Below are positions 20,572-30,501 of a DNA stretch of 64,000 bases, one piece after another. The stretch comes from an uncultured Verrucomicrobiae bacterium (GTDB lineage: Bacteria; Chlamydiota; Chlamydiia; Chlamydiales; Rhabdochlamydiaceae). Within the stretch, counting starts at the first letter, position 1. Each line of letters opens with the position of its first letter. The notes under the pieces are model-generated. The model searched no databases and had not been told where the DNA came from. It was given only the letters and a program-made list of their open reading frames with translations. The stretch is taken from the NCBI GenBank assembly GCA_963806855.1, contig CAWDYW010000001.1, positions 96,001 to 160,000 on the forward strand, given 5' to 3'. Position numbers and translations under genes: made by a program.

Positions 20572-21828
20572 ATGGATGCTATTCTTGGTTGGGCGGCTAA
20601 AGCTGTTGAGTACAGCAGAGGCGAGCCACTATTGTCCCAGTCCGCGGCACCACCGTCGGAGGATCGCGATGCAACAGCAAAAAAGATCGATGAAGCTCTG
20701 CGTAGACGTAGACGGGTCATCGACCGCGATAAGCCATATCTCTTGACCATAAGGAACGATCATGTAAGGCCGCGGAATGGCAAAGAAGCTCCGGTAATCG
20801 AGACAAGAGAAGTAACCGCCACAGAGGCCATAGAATCAAAATTACAGCGAGAATTGGGATATGCCAACACCAAAGAAAATAAACAAAAAGTCAAGAAAAG
20901 AGCTAATTTTTCTGAGCGCGGTAAAGAGTTTAATCTGGATCAAAAAGAGCTAAAAAGCACAATATCGTCGACTACCGGATATGATTTAGAAGTCGATGGT
21001 CGTAACCTCAAGTGCACCATTCAGCAAGCAACCGATATAGGTCTTAATCCTGATAGGCCTCAAAATGAGGACCGCCTATTTGTAAGTAAGATTAGCTTCA
21101 AAGCCGGCGGCTGTGAACATACAGCCGTCGTAACAGCCGTTATGGACGGCCATGGTGGAGAATTTTCTGCAGAAGGCGCGCATCGTAATCTCCTGCGCGA
21201 ACTAACTCAACGGTTAGAGTACTATAACGAAAAAGTCTTTGATGACGTAGGGGTATTCAATGCCCTAAAAAGGACACCCGTCTTGCTCGAAGATGATTTG
21301 CGGAGAGTAAATAATAAGGACGGAAGCGGTACGACCTTGAACTTGTCGGTGATTATTGACGGCAAGGACATCTGGACTGCAAATACTGGTGATTCGCGAG
21401 CCATTCTGGTCGAATTGACTGATGACCTACCTGTGATTACGCAGTTATCGCAAGATCAGGGTCCCAGAGTCCATCGATTCCAAAGAAATCTGGAGCGATT
21501 TGAATCATATGTAGCTATGGGCCGAGTTGATGGCTTTCTCGCCTTGGCGCGTGGCCTCGGAGCATATGGAGGTTATTATCACTTCACGTCGAGGCCAAAA
21601 GTCATCAAAGTGCCTGTCCCTAGATCGGGTAAATTTGCGGTTGTTCAGGCGTCCGACGGGATGTGGGACGTGATGAGTTCTGAGGCAACCGGCAAAGCTG
21701 TTGCGAAGGCGTTTAAGGAAAATCAACAGAACATCGCGGGTCGACTGATTGCAAAAGCGCTAGCACCCGACAGAGGCTCGTCAGACAACGTGTCCGTGAT
21801 TTTCTCCACTTACCAAGCGGGCGCATAA
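20572..21828 (+). CDS. PP2C/PPM-family Ser/Thr phosphatase with long N-terminal extension
   Basis: NEDR, MDGHGG, GTT, NTGDSRA, ASDGMWD, SDNVS motifs. Confidence 0.85.
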   Translation: MDAILGWAAKAVEYSRGEPLLSQSAAPPSEDRDATAKKIDEALRRRRRVIDRDKPYLLTIRNDHVRPRNGKEAPVIETREVTATEAIESKLQRELGYANTKENKQKVKKRANFSERGKEFNLDQKELKSTISSTTGYDLEVDGRNLKCTIQQATDIGLNPDRPQNEDRLFVSKISFKAGGCEHTAVVTAVMDGHGGEFSAEGAHRNLLRELTQRLEYYNEKVFDDVGVFNALKRTPVLLEDDLRRVNNKDGSGTTLNLSVIIDGKDIWTANTGDSRAILVELTDDLPVITQLSQDQGPRVHRFQRNLERFESYVAMGRVDGFLALARGLGAYGGYYHFTSRPKVIKVPVPRSGKFAVVQASDGMWDVMSSEATGKAVAKAFKENQQNIAGRLIAKALAPDRGSSDNVSVIFSTYQAGA

Positions 21829-21833
21829 TAAAA

Positions 21834-22248
21834 TTGGGTGCTGCCCAATCGAGATCACGCCGAATTCTACGCTGGCATTGGCATCATAAGTCTAACGCTT
21901 GCCGACCAGTGCCAATCGGCGACCCTCGTTGAAATTAACCCCTTTGCTGAGGCTTGCCTTAAGGAAGGCCTCCCACCTTCGCACTTCCATTTCTTTACCG
22001 GCCCGACAGAAAATTATCTCGATCAACTCAAAGAAGTCCTCATCGTCGATCCGCTGCGCAAAGGACTAGATCCAAAAGCCCTCAATGCGATTAAAGATTC
22101 CTCACTATACCGAAACAACCTGAAGAAAGATCTTGAGGTTTTAAAAAGTTCTGGCTGGATATTCCAACAGGCAAAAGGCTACCACTTATTTCCAAATACC
22201 AATCATGTCGAGTTGTTAGTCGACTTAAGAAAAAACCTATCGACATGA
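21834..22248 (+). pseudogene. Duplicated C-terminal fragment of the RNA methyltransferase, catalytic YLSC segment lost
   Basis: Matches the last ~140 codons of 19494-20480; KQILYLSCNFETL replaced by YRNNL. Confidence 0.8.
22106..22127. mobile_element. Isolated left end of the same MITE
   Basis: tataccgaaacaacctgaagaa matches 11615-11636 at 21/22 positions. Confidence 0.7.
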
Positions 22249-22301
22249 TGCTGTCGATCATATCGTGGATATCCACGATATGATCGACAATATCGTGTCG
22301 A
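22240..22301. repeat. 62-bp palindrome with perfect 38-bp core (22252-22289)
   Basis: tgtcgatcatatcgtggatatccacgatatgatcgaca equals its own reverse complement. Confidence 0.9.
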
Positions 22302-22409
22302 AGTGATTTTAAAAACGGTAAAGGACAAAAAAAAACGATAAATTTTTACTTGTCAAACGAGGGTGCTTTTTGTTATCATTTCACCCCCTTATCAATAGGA
22401 GGTATTGCG

Positions 22410-23252
22410 GTGACTAGAGATTTAATTGAAGTAGCCCATCATCAAACATTTGAATCACTTAAACAAACTGAAGATGAGATTGAGTTTTGGAGTGCGCGCA
22501 AATTGGCAAAGGCACTTGAATACCTTGAGTATCGCAATTTTTTACCAGTTATTGAGAAGGCTAAAGAGGCATGCAAAAATAGCGGACACACTATTGTCGA
22601 TCATTTCATGGATATTCACGAAATGATCGAAATTGGAAAGGGAGGTCAACGGAAAGTAGCCGATGTCAAACTATCACGATATGCTTGCTATTTGATTGTG
22701 CAGAATGGTGATCCAGCGAAGCCAGTAATCGCTAATGGGCAAACTTATTTTGCTATTCAAACACGTCGACAAGAGCTCTCAAACGATCAAGCTTTTCTAC
22801 AGTTAAAAGAAGATGAAAAGCGTATTTTTCTCAGAAAAGAGCTTCAAGAGCACAATAGACAACTTGTTGAAACTGCACAACAGGCGGGTGTTGAAACTGA
22901 TTATGACTTTGCCATTTTTCAAAATCATGGTTATCGAGGTCTTTATGGTGGATTAGATGCAAAAGGTATACATGAACATAAAGGACTGAAAAAAGGGCAA
23001 AAGATTTTGGATCATATGGGGAGTACAGAACTGGCAGCTAATCTCTTCAGAGCTACACAAACAGAAGAAAAATTGCGCAGGGAAAATATCCAAGGAAAAA
23101 CCAAAGCTAATCGAACTCATTATGAAGTTGGTAAAAAAGTGCGCCAAACTATAGAGGATTTGGGGGGAACGATGCCGGAAGAATTGCCTGCAGAAAAAAA
23201 GGATGTAAAGCAATTGGAAAGAGAATTAAAAAATCTTATAAGTAACAAATAA
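22410..23252 (+). CDS. dinD: DNA damage-inducible protein D (Bro-N domain)
   Basis: FWSARKL, LSRYACYLIVQNGDP, YFAIQTRRQE, ILDHMGSTELAANLFRATQ; GTG start after AGGAGG. Confidence 0.9.
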   Translation: MTRDLIEVAHHQTFESLKQTEDEIEFWSARKLAKALEYLEYRNFLPVIEKAKEACKNSGHTIVDHFMDIHEMIEIGKGGQRKVADVKLSRYACYLIVQNGDPAKPVIANGQTYFAIQTRRQELSNDQAFLQLKEDEKRIFLRKELQEHNRQLVETAQQAGVETDYDFAIFQNHGYRGLYGGLDAKGIHEHKGLKKGQKILDHMGSTELAANLFRATQTEEKLRRENIQGKTKANRTHYEVGKKVRQTIEDLGGTMPEELPAEKKDVKQLERELKNLISNK

Positions 23253-23546
23253 TCTGCACATATTGTTTTATAATCGACTTTGGACATTTTTGGCCGTTAC
23301 CGATACCGGACTGGCTGAGCTCTTGAATCGATAGCGGTCACGTGGAGTGCTTCCAATTTCAATAAGGCTCGCAAAGGGATTGATCCCTAGGAACATAGGC
23401 CAACCTGTTCTGATGGCACCATTCAACTGCTATTTCGCGTAATTCTATTACCAAACTTACTGATATACAACCTTTTCAGCCAAGACCGCGTGAAGTGCTT
23501 GTTGGGCTTTTACAAAACATGGTAAACTATTGTAAAGAAGAGTTGT

Positions 23547-24329
23547 ATGAAGCCATCTTATTTAAATTTATGTACTGAATTTTATGATCTAACCAAACCA
23601 GAAGCAGGGCTTAGGGAAGTCGCTTTTTATGAGGCTCTTATACGCGCTTCAAAGGGTCCTGTTCTCGAAGCTATGTGCGGGTCTGGGAGGCTTCTGATTC
23701 CTTTGCTTAAGAGAGGGCTTGCTGTAAGTGGTGTCGACAACTCTAGTCATATGCTGAAGAGCTGTCAAAAGCGTTGCAAAGAACAGAGTGTTCATGTTCA
23801 GCTCTATAACCAACCGCTTCAAAGACTTTCTTTACCGCAAAAGTACGATTTGATTTTTATCGCAACTGGATCATTCCAGCTCATTCAGGAGCAGACAGAA
23901 GCTCTAAAAATCTTGAAAACCTTAGCCACGGCGCTACTGCCTGGAGGAAGATTAGTTCTTGAGACATTCACTTCCTGGGATGCGATCAAAGACAACATTA
24001 ATGGGAGCATTCTTTCTGATCAATCGAGAGAAATTACAATTGAAAGAACTGCCAGCTCTCAGGATGGCTTTGAGATTATCAACCAGTCAAAAGCGACCGT
24101 TAATTTCAAAGAGCAACTCGAAATCATCCAAACACGGTATGAAAAATGGGCTGATGGCAAATTGATCCATGCAGAGGAAGAAGAATATGCTTTGAGATGG
24201 TACCACCGATATGAGATGGAGCTTTTTTTAGAAAAGGCAGGATTCTCTTCAGTGAAAATCATCGATGAGTCCTTTGAACAAAATGAACAGGCTGTTGTGT
24301 ATGTAGCTCTTAAGCCGGAGAAAGAATGA
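23547..24329 (+). CDS. Class I SAM-dependent methyltransferase
   Basis: VLEAMCGSGR motif I, GVDNS. Confidence 0.8.
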   Translation: MKPSYLNLCTEFYDLTKPEAGLREVAFYEALIRASKGPVLEAMCGSGRLLIPLLKRGLAVSGVDNSSHMLKSCQKRCKEQSVHVQLYNQPLQRLSLPQKYDLIFIATGSFQLIQEQTEALKILKTLATALLPGGRLVLETFTSWDAIKDNINGSILSDQSREITIERTASSQDGFEIINQSKATVNFKEQLEIIQTRYEKWADGKLIHAEEEEYALRWYHRYEMELFLEKAGFSSVKIIDESFEQNEQAVVYVALKPEKE

Positions 24330-25360
24330 TCGCCGATATAGAAGTAATCTTCCCACATGAAGAAAATCGAATCATGATCCCTAGTCTTAACTTCCTTTCC
24401 TCTATGATGCAGCTTTATCGCATTCCAGGAATATCGCTGGCAGTGATACAAGGGCAGACTATTACGACTTTTGATTGGGGTGTCAAAAACAGCTCCTTAG
24501 CTGACCTGATCACTTCGTCGACGGTGTTTGAAGCAGCGTCCTTAACCAAACCCCTCGTAGCTTACCTCGCTTTAAAACTGTGCAAAAAGGGGATGCTGGA
24601 GCTGGATCGACCACTGCCTCTGTTAGAAGAAAATTTACCACCCATCACTCTCCGTCAGATTTTATCCCACACCGCTGGATTCCCAACAGAGAATCGCAAA
24701 GCAGGCGATCCCCTGTGCTTTATTTCTCTGCCAGGAAGCTATTTCGCTTACTCTGGGGAAGGCTTTTGCTATCTCGGCCGTGTGATAGAGCATCTAACTA
24801 ACACTCCTCTAGCTTCCTTAACGCGAGAGCTTGTTTTCAAACCTCTTCACATGGAGGAAAGCAGTCTGATTTGGGAAGAGAAATACAATGCACAAGCGGC
24901 TTCTCCTCATAGCAGAATAGAGCAGCCAACAGAAAAATGGAAACCTACTCAAGCCATTGCCTCATTCAGTTTGCATACGACAGCTTCCGACTTTGCAAAA
25001 TTTATGATCGGGATTAAGGCATTTCCAGAAATGTCAGTTGTAAGTCACCGAGTGAATGACTCCATCGGTTGGGGCTTGGGATGGGGGATTGAAATGACGC
25101 CTGATGGGAACCATGCCATTTGGCACTCGGGAGACAATGGTACCTTTCAATGTTTGGCCTTTCAGAATAAACAGATCGGTTTTGTCATCATGACAAATAG
25201 TGCCAACGGAATGAAGATTTATAGGCATATTTTCGATCTTATGATTGGCGGCAATCATCCCTTGCTCGACTGGGAGCAATTCGATGCCCGTGCAATAGAA
25301 GATTTAGATGAAGAGTTTCTTGCAAATTGGTGGAAAATCTATTTTCATGGCGGTCTATGA
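24326..25360 (+). CDS. Beta-lactamase-family (class C-like) serine hydrolase
   Basis: ASLTK (SxxK), ILSHTAG, YSG, HSG motifs. Confidence 0.8.
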   Translation: MIADIEVIFPHEENRIMIPSLNFLSSMMQLYRIPGISLAVIQGQTITTFDWGVKNSSLADLITSSTVFEAASLTKPLVAYLALKLCKKGMLELDRPLPLLEENLPPITLRQILSHTAGFPTENRKAGDPLCFISLPGSYFAYSGEGFCYLGRVIEHLTNTPLASLTRELVFKPLHMEESSLIWEEKYNAQAASPHSRIEQPTEKWKPTQAIASFSLHTTASDFAKFMIGIKAFPEMSVVSHRVNDSIGWGLGWGIEMTPDGNHAIWHSGDNGTFQCLAFQNKQIGFVIMTNSANGMKIYRHIFDLMIGGNHPLLDWEQFDARAIEDLDEEFLANWWKIYFHGGL

Positions 25361-25438
25361 AATGAAAGATGTGGCCGACTGAAACTCTTGTCTTAAAAGT
25401 GCTTGGCGCTTTGAATGAACAAAAATAGGACCTTGAAA

Positions 25439-25897
25439 ATGAATCATTACATATTGGAATTTGTCGATCAACTTCCCGAAGATGTGGAAGAAAAGATGAA
25501 TAAGGATCTCGTAGAATATGAAAGCAGCCATGGCATTGATGTAAATTATAAAAAATTCTCGGTTGTTCTCAGGGATAGAGAAGGTGAGGTGTTCGGAGTT
25601 ATAAATGCTTTCACTGCATTTGCAGAGGTATACGTTGACGATATCTGGGTCTCTAAACCTTTTCGTGGAAAAGGCTTTGGAAAAAAATTGCTGCAAGCAC
25701 TCGAAAATCATTTCAAAGGCAAAGGATTCAATAATATTAACCTCGTCACAAGTGCATTTCAAGCGCCCACGTTTTACAAAAAGTGTGGATTCGCAGTGGA
25801 GTTCGTGAGAGAAAATAAAAAAAACCCAAAGCTTACTAAAACTTTTTTCATAAAATATTTTGATGATGAAGCGCAGACACAAGGCATTTTAAAATAA
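25439..25897 (+). CDS. GNAT-family N-acetyltransferase
   Basis: IWVSKPFRGKGFGKKLL, FQAPTFYKKCGF. Confidence 0.85.
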   Translation: MNHYILEFVDQLPEDVEEKMNKDLVEYESSHGIDVNYKKFSVVLRDREGEVFGVINAFTAFAEVYVDDIWVSKPFRGKGFGKKLLQALENHFKGKGFNNINLVTSAFQAPTFYKKCGFAVEFVRENKKNPKLTKTFFIKYFDDEAQTQGILK

Positions 25898-25941
25898 GCA
25901 AAAGGGGGCGTCCTAAATGTTCTACTTTGATGCAAAAGGGC

Positions 25942-26103
25942 ATGAAAAATATTGAGGTGCTGTCGCTGCTCAACCTCCTTGAAAAATGGTATACAGTTGA
26001 AGCGCTCTTCCAAAGTCTAAAGAACTTAAGACCTCCCATAACCTCCAATGTCGTTCTCGAAGATTTTTATGACAGGCACATTCTTGTTGATGGGCAATCT
26101 TGA
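25942..26103 (+). pseudogene. Possible aminoglycoside-phosphotransferase-like fragment (53 aa)
   Basis: Translated by hand: ...SNVVLEDFYDRHILVD resembles the APH HGDxxxxHILVD motif. Confidence 0.3.
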
Positions 26104-26118
26104 GCTTAAAATGTCTAA

Positions 26119-27966
26119 TTATTCCATCATTTTTTTTGGTGGCTTAAGAGTAAACCATCCTAGGCCAAGAGCTAATAGGGCAAAGATTCCTATCCCCACG
26201 CTATCGGGAAGAAGGGGGGCCTTTTCTGCTTGGATGACTCCTAAAACAGCGAGAAGTGCTAAGATCACGCCCATACACGCATCTCCAGCAACAAGTCCAG
26301 AGGATGTTAAAATACCGCGCGCGTGGACCTTTTCTTTGTTGGATAGTTTGCGGACAAAATATGAGACCAGACCACCCACCATGATCGGTGTGCTGAGCGA
26401 AAGAGGGAGATACAGTCCCACAGCAAAAGGAAGAATAGGCACCCGAACAAGCTCTAAGATGAGCCCAATCACAACCCCAACGGATACAAGAATAAAAGGA
26501 ATATCCCCTTGGATCACCCCTTTTGCAATGAGGGCCATCATCGTTCCTTGCGGAGCCGGAAGCTCCTTCGACCCAAACCCAAACGCTTCATTTAAAAGAA
26601 AAACGGTCCCACCGATCGCCAAAGCGGGAATGAAAACCCCGATGATTTCTGCGAGCTGCTGCGCTCTTGGCGTTGCTCCGAGAATATATCCTGTCTTCAA
26701 ATCTTGCGAAGTTGTTCCCGCAAGGCAAATCGCAACGTTCACAACAATGGCCATCGTCAGAGCGGCAAGAAGGTAGAACCGCTCAGTCCATCCCAGCGCC
26801 ACAAAAATAAGGCAGGTAATCAGGAGAGTCGTAATGGTCATCCCCGAGACCGGATTGGACGTGCTTCCAACGATTCCCACTGTCAGCGACGTCACAGCGA
26901 CAAAGAAAAATCCCAAAATCATCAGCAAGATAATTGTCGTGAGATTCATCTTAAAGGCAGGAACCAGCCATAGGGTGATAAAGATCGCCACCGATCCCAA
27001 AATGAGCCACTTTAATGAAATATCTTTGTCTGTACGAGCGATTCGTCCTGAGGTTTTAGTTTGAAACAGCTCTTTCACACCATGGTGGATCGTTTTCCAG
27101 ATAATCGGTGCAATATGAACAAGCGAAAGCAGACCGCCTATTGCCACAGCACCGGCTCCGATATACCGAATATAGTTTGACCAAATGTCATCGGCAGACA
27201 TCTGTGTAACAGAAGTTGTTCCCGGGTAAATTGCATCAATCGACAATCCAAACATTTTAATGAGAGGAATGAAAACCCACCAACCAACAGCTCCGCCCGC
27301 AAACACCACCGACGCAATGCGTGGACCGATGATATAGCCAACTCCGAGCAGAGCAGGTGTCGCATCAATACTAATCTTGGTCTTCTCAAACCACGGGATC
27401 ACCCAGTTGAACGTCTCACGAAAAAGATGAAGACCATTACAGGCAAACTTGTAAACAGCGCCGACACCGATCCCAATGAGCGCCATAAGCGCCTGGGGAC
27501 CGCTACGCTCTCCCGACTTTAAAATCTCAGCGCAAGCTGTACCCTCGGGGAAGGGGAGCTTTCCATGTTCCTTCACGATGATGTATCGACGCATCGGAAT
27601 CATCAGAAGAACGCCTAAGATCCCTCCCAAGCTGGCCAAAATAAAAATCTTGAGAGGCGAAATCGGATCTCCCAATAGATAGAGTGCAGGCACTGTAAAC
27701 ACAACGCCGCCTGCGAGCCCCTCACCAACCGAGGCAATCGTCTGCACAAGATTGTTTTCCAAGATCGTCACGCGTTTAAAAAACGTCCGCAAGATCGCCA
27801 TGGATAGCACCGCAGCTGGAATCGATGCCGACACCGTCGTGCCCACTTTGAGCGCAAGATATGCATTTCCAACTGCAAAAACCAATCCTAAGACCAGTCC
27901 CAACACAACCGATTTCAAAGAAAATTCTTTTACTTTGGCACTAGGAGCAACATAAGGTTCAAACAT
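26119..27966 (-). CDS. OPT-family oligopeptide transporter
   Basis: NAYLALKVG, ENNLVQT, LPFPEGTAC, NPVSG, QDLKTG, LPAPQ. Confidence 0.9.
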   Translation of the reverse strand: MFEPYVAPSAKVKEFSLKSVVLGLVLGLVFAVGNAYLALKVGTTVSASIPAAVLSMAILRTFFKRVTILENNLVQTIASVGEGLAGGVVFTVPALYLLGDPISPLKIFILASLGGILGVLLMIPMRRYIIVKEHGKLPFPEGTACAEILKSGERSGPQALMALIGIGVGAVYKFACNGLHLFRETFNWVIPWFEKTKISIDATPALLGVGYIIGPRIASVVFAGGAVGWWVFIPLIKMFGLSIDAIYPGTTSVTQMSADDIWSNYIRYIGAGAVAIGGLLSLVHIAPIIWKTIHHGVKELFQTKTSGRIARTDKDISLKWLILGSVAIFITLWLVPAFKMNLTTIILLMILGFFFVAVTSLTVGIVGSTSNPVSGMTITTLLITCLIFVALGWTERFYLLAALTMAIVVNVAICLAGTTSQDLKTGYILGATPRAQQLAEIIGVFIPALAIGGTVFLLNEAFGFGSKELPAPQGTMMALIAKGVIQGDIPFILVSVGVVIGLILELVRVPILPFAVGLYLPLSLSTPIMVGGLVSYFVRKLSNKEKVHARGILTSSGLVAGDACMGVILALLAVLGVIQAEKAPLLPDSVGIGIFALLALGLGWFTLKPPKKMME

Positions 27967-28009
27967 AAACCTTCTTCTATCTCAGCATTCATTTTTAGTG
28001 CCACAGATT

Positions 28010-29085
28010 TCATTTTTGCAACTTTTTATATGCGCGAAGTAGTAGAAGCATATAATGGTCTATTGCCTCTTCTGAGAAGATAACACGACCAAGCTGTTGC
28101 CCTTGCTCCGCGATCATCTGCGCCTGGTTATCGTGCGCTATGAGCCACACAAAGACATTAGAAAGATCACTCAGATCTTCTTTGACTGGAATATAGTGGA
28201 CCCAGGGCACTAGCGCTTTGTAATACCATTGAATATTGGGCGATGTCGGCTTGATTAGAGTTGAATTGGACAGCAAGATCCATCGGCAGCGGGAGTAAGT
28301 GCAAGAATTCCCATCTATATCGATCAGGTATTTGTAGGCAAAATGGTCTGCCATAGAGAGAAAGGGAGCGAGAGGACGACCATTCTGTTCTATAAGAACA
28401 AACACCTCTGGAGATCCCTGACAAAAATTCGTAAAGGCAGCATCGAGCCAAGTGGGGTTTTCTGCGCTTAAAAAAACCAACTTAGCTCGCGGAAAGTCGA
28501 AATAGTTATCCAGCCGATATTCGCCTCCGGTAGTCGAACCTCTCCAAAATATGATATTTTGTTTTGTATGCCAGGGATGGGCTCTGGATGCGTCGCCGCA
28601 AGAGCGTATTAGATCGTTCGCATGAAACAACGCCTCAAAATCGGGTATCAAAATTGATTGGCTTGTTGCTCGCTTAGCAAAACTAAACACGGGAACACCC
28701 AATTCCCCACTAAATCCATCATGTACCGAGAGAAGAAAATCGACATCGGGCAGAACATATTTTTGCCCCAAGCGGTCGAAAAATGCCTGGATGATTTGGA
28801 TCCTCGGGTGCGTATGCGGCGTGTGTGCCATTATTGTGGATAAATGCGCTTTGCCCCCTGAAGGCGCACCAGGACGATCTGATGTTCTGGATTGCACGTT
28901 TGGCCTATTCTGCATACCTTAGATCGATCGATCCCATTCTGGGCAAATGGAGCCAGATCAGCCTGAATTTGATCGACCATCCAACTATGCTGTTGCGCAG
29001 TCCTGGCATATGCAGGGATCAAACATGAGATCAGGAGGCAGACTAAAATGACCAGTCTATCAATACGATTAATTCTCAGGGGCAA
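28010..29085 (-). CDS. Glycosyltransferase family 90 (CAP10/KDELC-like) with signal peptide, one frameshift near 28857
   Basis: FWRGSTTG, YKYLIDIDGN, PWVHYIPV; N-terminal part in ORF 28831-29085 joins across a G-run. Confidence 0.7.
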
Positions 29086-29567
29086 CCGAATCTAGTAGTT
29101 CTTGCAAATAAGGGGAGGAGACGTTCTCTTTCACTTTTAACAGTTCGGCTTGCAGCGAAGGAGTACATTTTTCAGGATACTGTTTGAAGTAGAGGGAAAG
29201 AGCCAAAAGCCGTCCAGGCTGCTCTCCTGATCCAATCCAATAGATGGGCTCAAATAGATCAAATACCCCAATGACTTTGAGCGAAGGAATAAGCTGATCG
29301 ATTGACCCGGAAATTTCGATGATTTCTTCTTTTATTTGCGCAGTTTCTTCTTGAAATAACAGTTGGTTCAGTCTGGCCACATTATTTAATGTTGCGGCAA
29401 CTGTACCTTTTCTAGTATCGCCAGATTCCCCAGTATAGGGGTTGGTAGAGATGTTCGAATCTACCCCAGCAGGCATAATCGATTCTGGAGTAAATGACCC
29501 ACATTGAGCTGATGGATACATATAGACAGATGCTAGCGATTATCAAAGTAAGACTCTTCATTTTCAT
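29069..29567 (-). CDS. Hypothetical exported protein, frameshift near 29521
   Basis: Signal-like MKMKSLTLIIASICL in one frame, body (RKGTVAATLNN...) in another. Confidence 0.5.
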
Positions 29568-29938
29568 TCTCCTGCGATTTATTAACCTGAGCCCCAAATT
29601 AGGTGACAATATGCTTCCAATTTCAGTCGCTTACAATTTGTAATCGACTGACTGCCTTTATACTTTGTAGTCTTCAAAAAGGATCAAGTCATTTTTCATA
29701 AGTTAGATTCCAAATAGTGCGCATCAGTATAGACTTGAGGAAGAATTCCTTCAAAGAAAAGTTTAATCACAACCTGTTAAGGATAATGGGATCTATCCGC
29801 GCCTTGGTCATATACATCCGCAAAAATCGACGAACCCTGAGTTTTGCAACTACTTCTACAGGGTGTTTTTTGACTAAGTTGTTTAAAATTTTATTTCTCA
29901 ATATACTCTATTGCATTTTATGAATTCTTGAGGAGCGT

Positions 29939-30482
29939 ATGAACAAAGATGATGAAAATGGCCTGATTCCAAGCAAGCTGTCGTTTGAAGATTTAAAAAA
30001 GGTCAATCAGCACGGGATTGAGTATTGGAGCGCAAGAGAACTGCAATCCCTTCTGGGCTATTCTAAGTGGCAACGTTTTGAAAATGCGGTGGAAAAAGCC
30101 ATTGAGTCGTGTAAACAATCGGGGAACGATCCAAAGCATCACTTTACCGGCGCCGGTAACCCAATAACGAGTGGAAAAGGACGGACTCAAATTATTGAGG
30201 ATTATCATCTTTCGCGATTTGCCTGCTAATCAGTTTCGGATGACTCAAACACGAGAAAAACTCAAACGTGAAGGTATCCGGAATCAAAGGGATGCTATTG
30301 AGGCTCACGAAACAGTAGGCAAGGAGGTTCGCGCTGCCATTGCTAAAATTGGCGGAACACCACCTGAAAATATCCCTCCAGCCGAGCACATCAAAAAAGT
30401 AGAAAAACGCTTAAAAAAGACCAAGCCTATTCTAATGCTTGACCCTAAAGATGCTGCGGGGATCGTGAATAACGAAACATAA
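29939..30482 (+). pseudogene. dinD: Second dinD homolog with ~350-bp internal deletion
   Basis: YWSAREL...HLSRFAC fused out of frame to ANQFRMTQTREKL...VGKEVR. Confidence 0.8.
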
Positions 30483-30501
30483 ATCAGTAAGAAAAAAGAA
30501 A

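Larger units (their letters stand above)
20045..22235 (+). repeat. Diverged direct repeat (20045-20470 vs 21834-22235) of the methyltransferase 3' end flanking the PP2C gene
   Basis: Long aligned stretches such as ccgaattctacgctggcattggc and ttccatttctttaccggcccgacagaaaattatctcgat in both copies. Confidence 0.85.

Noticed and set aside
26048..26776. 242-aa plus-strand ORF (similarly 38796-39632 and 14807-15430)
   Set aside because: Antisense shadows of well-supported genes (OPT transporter, thrS, glucosidase)
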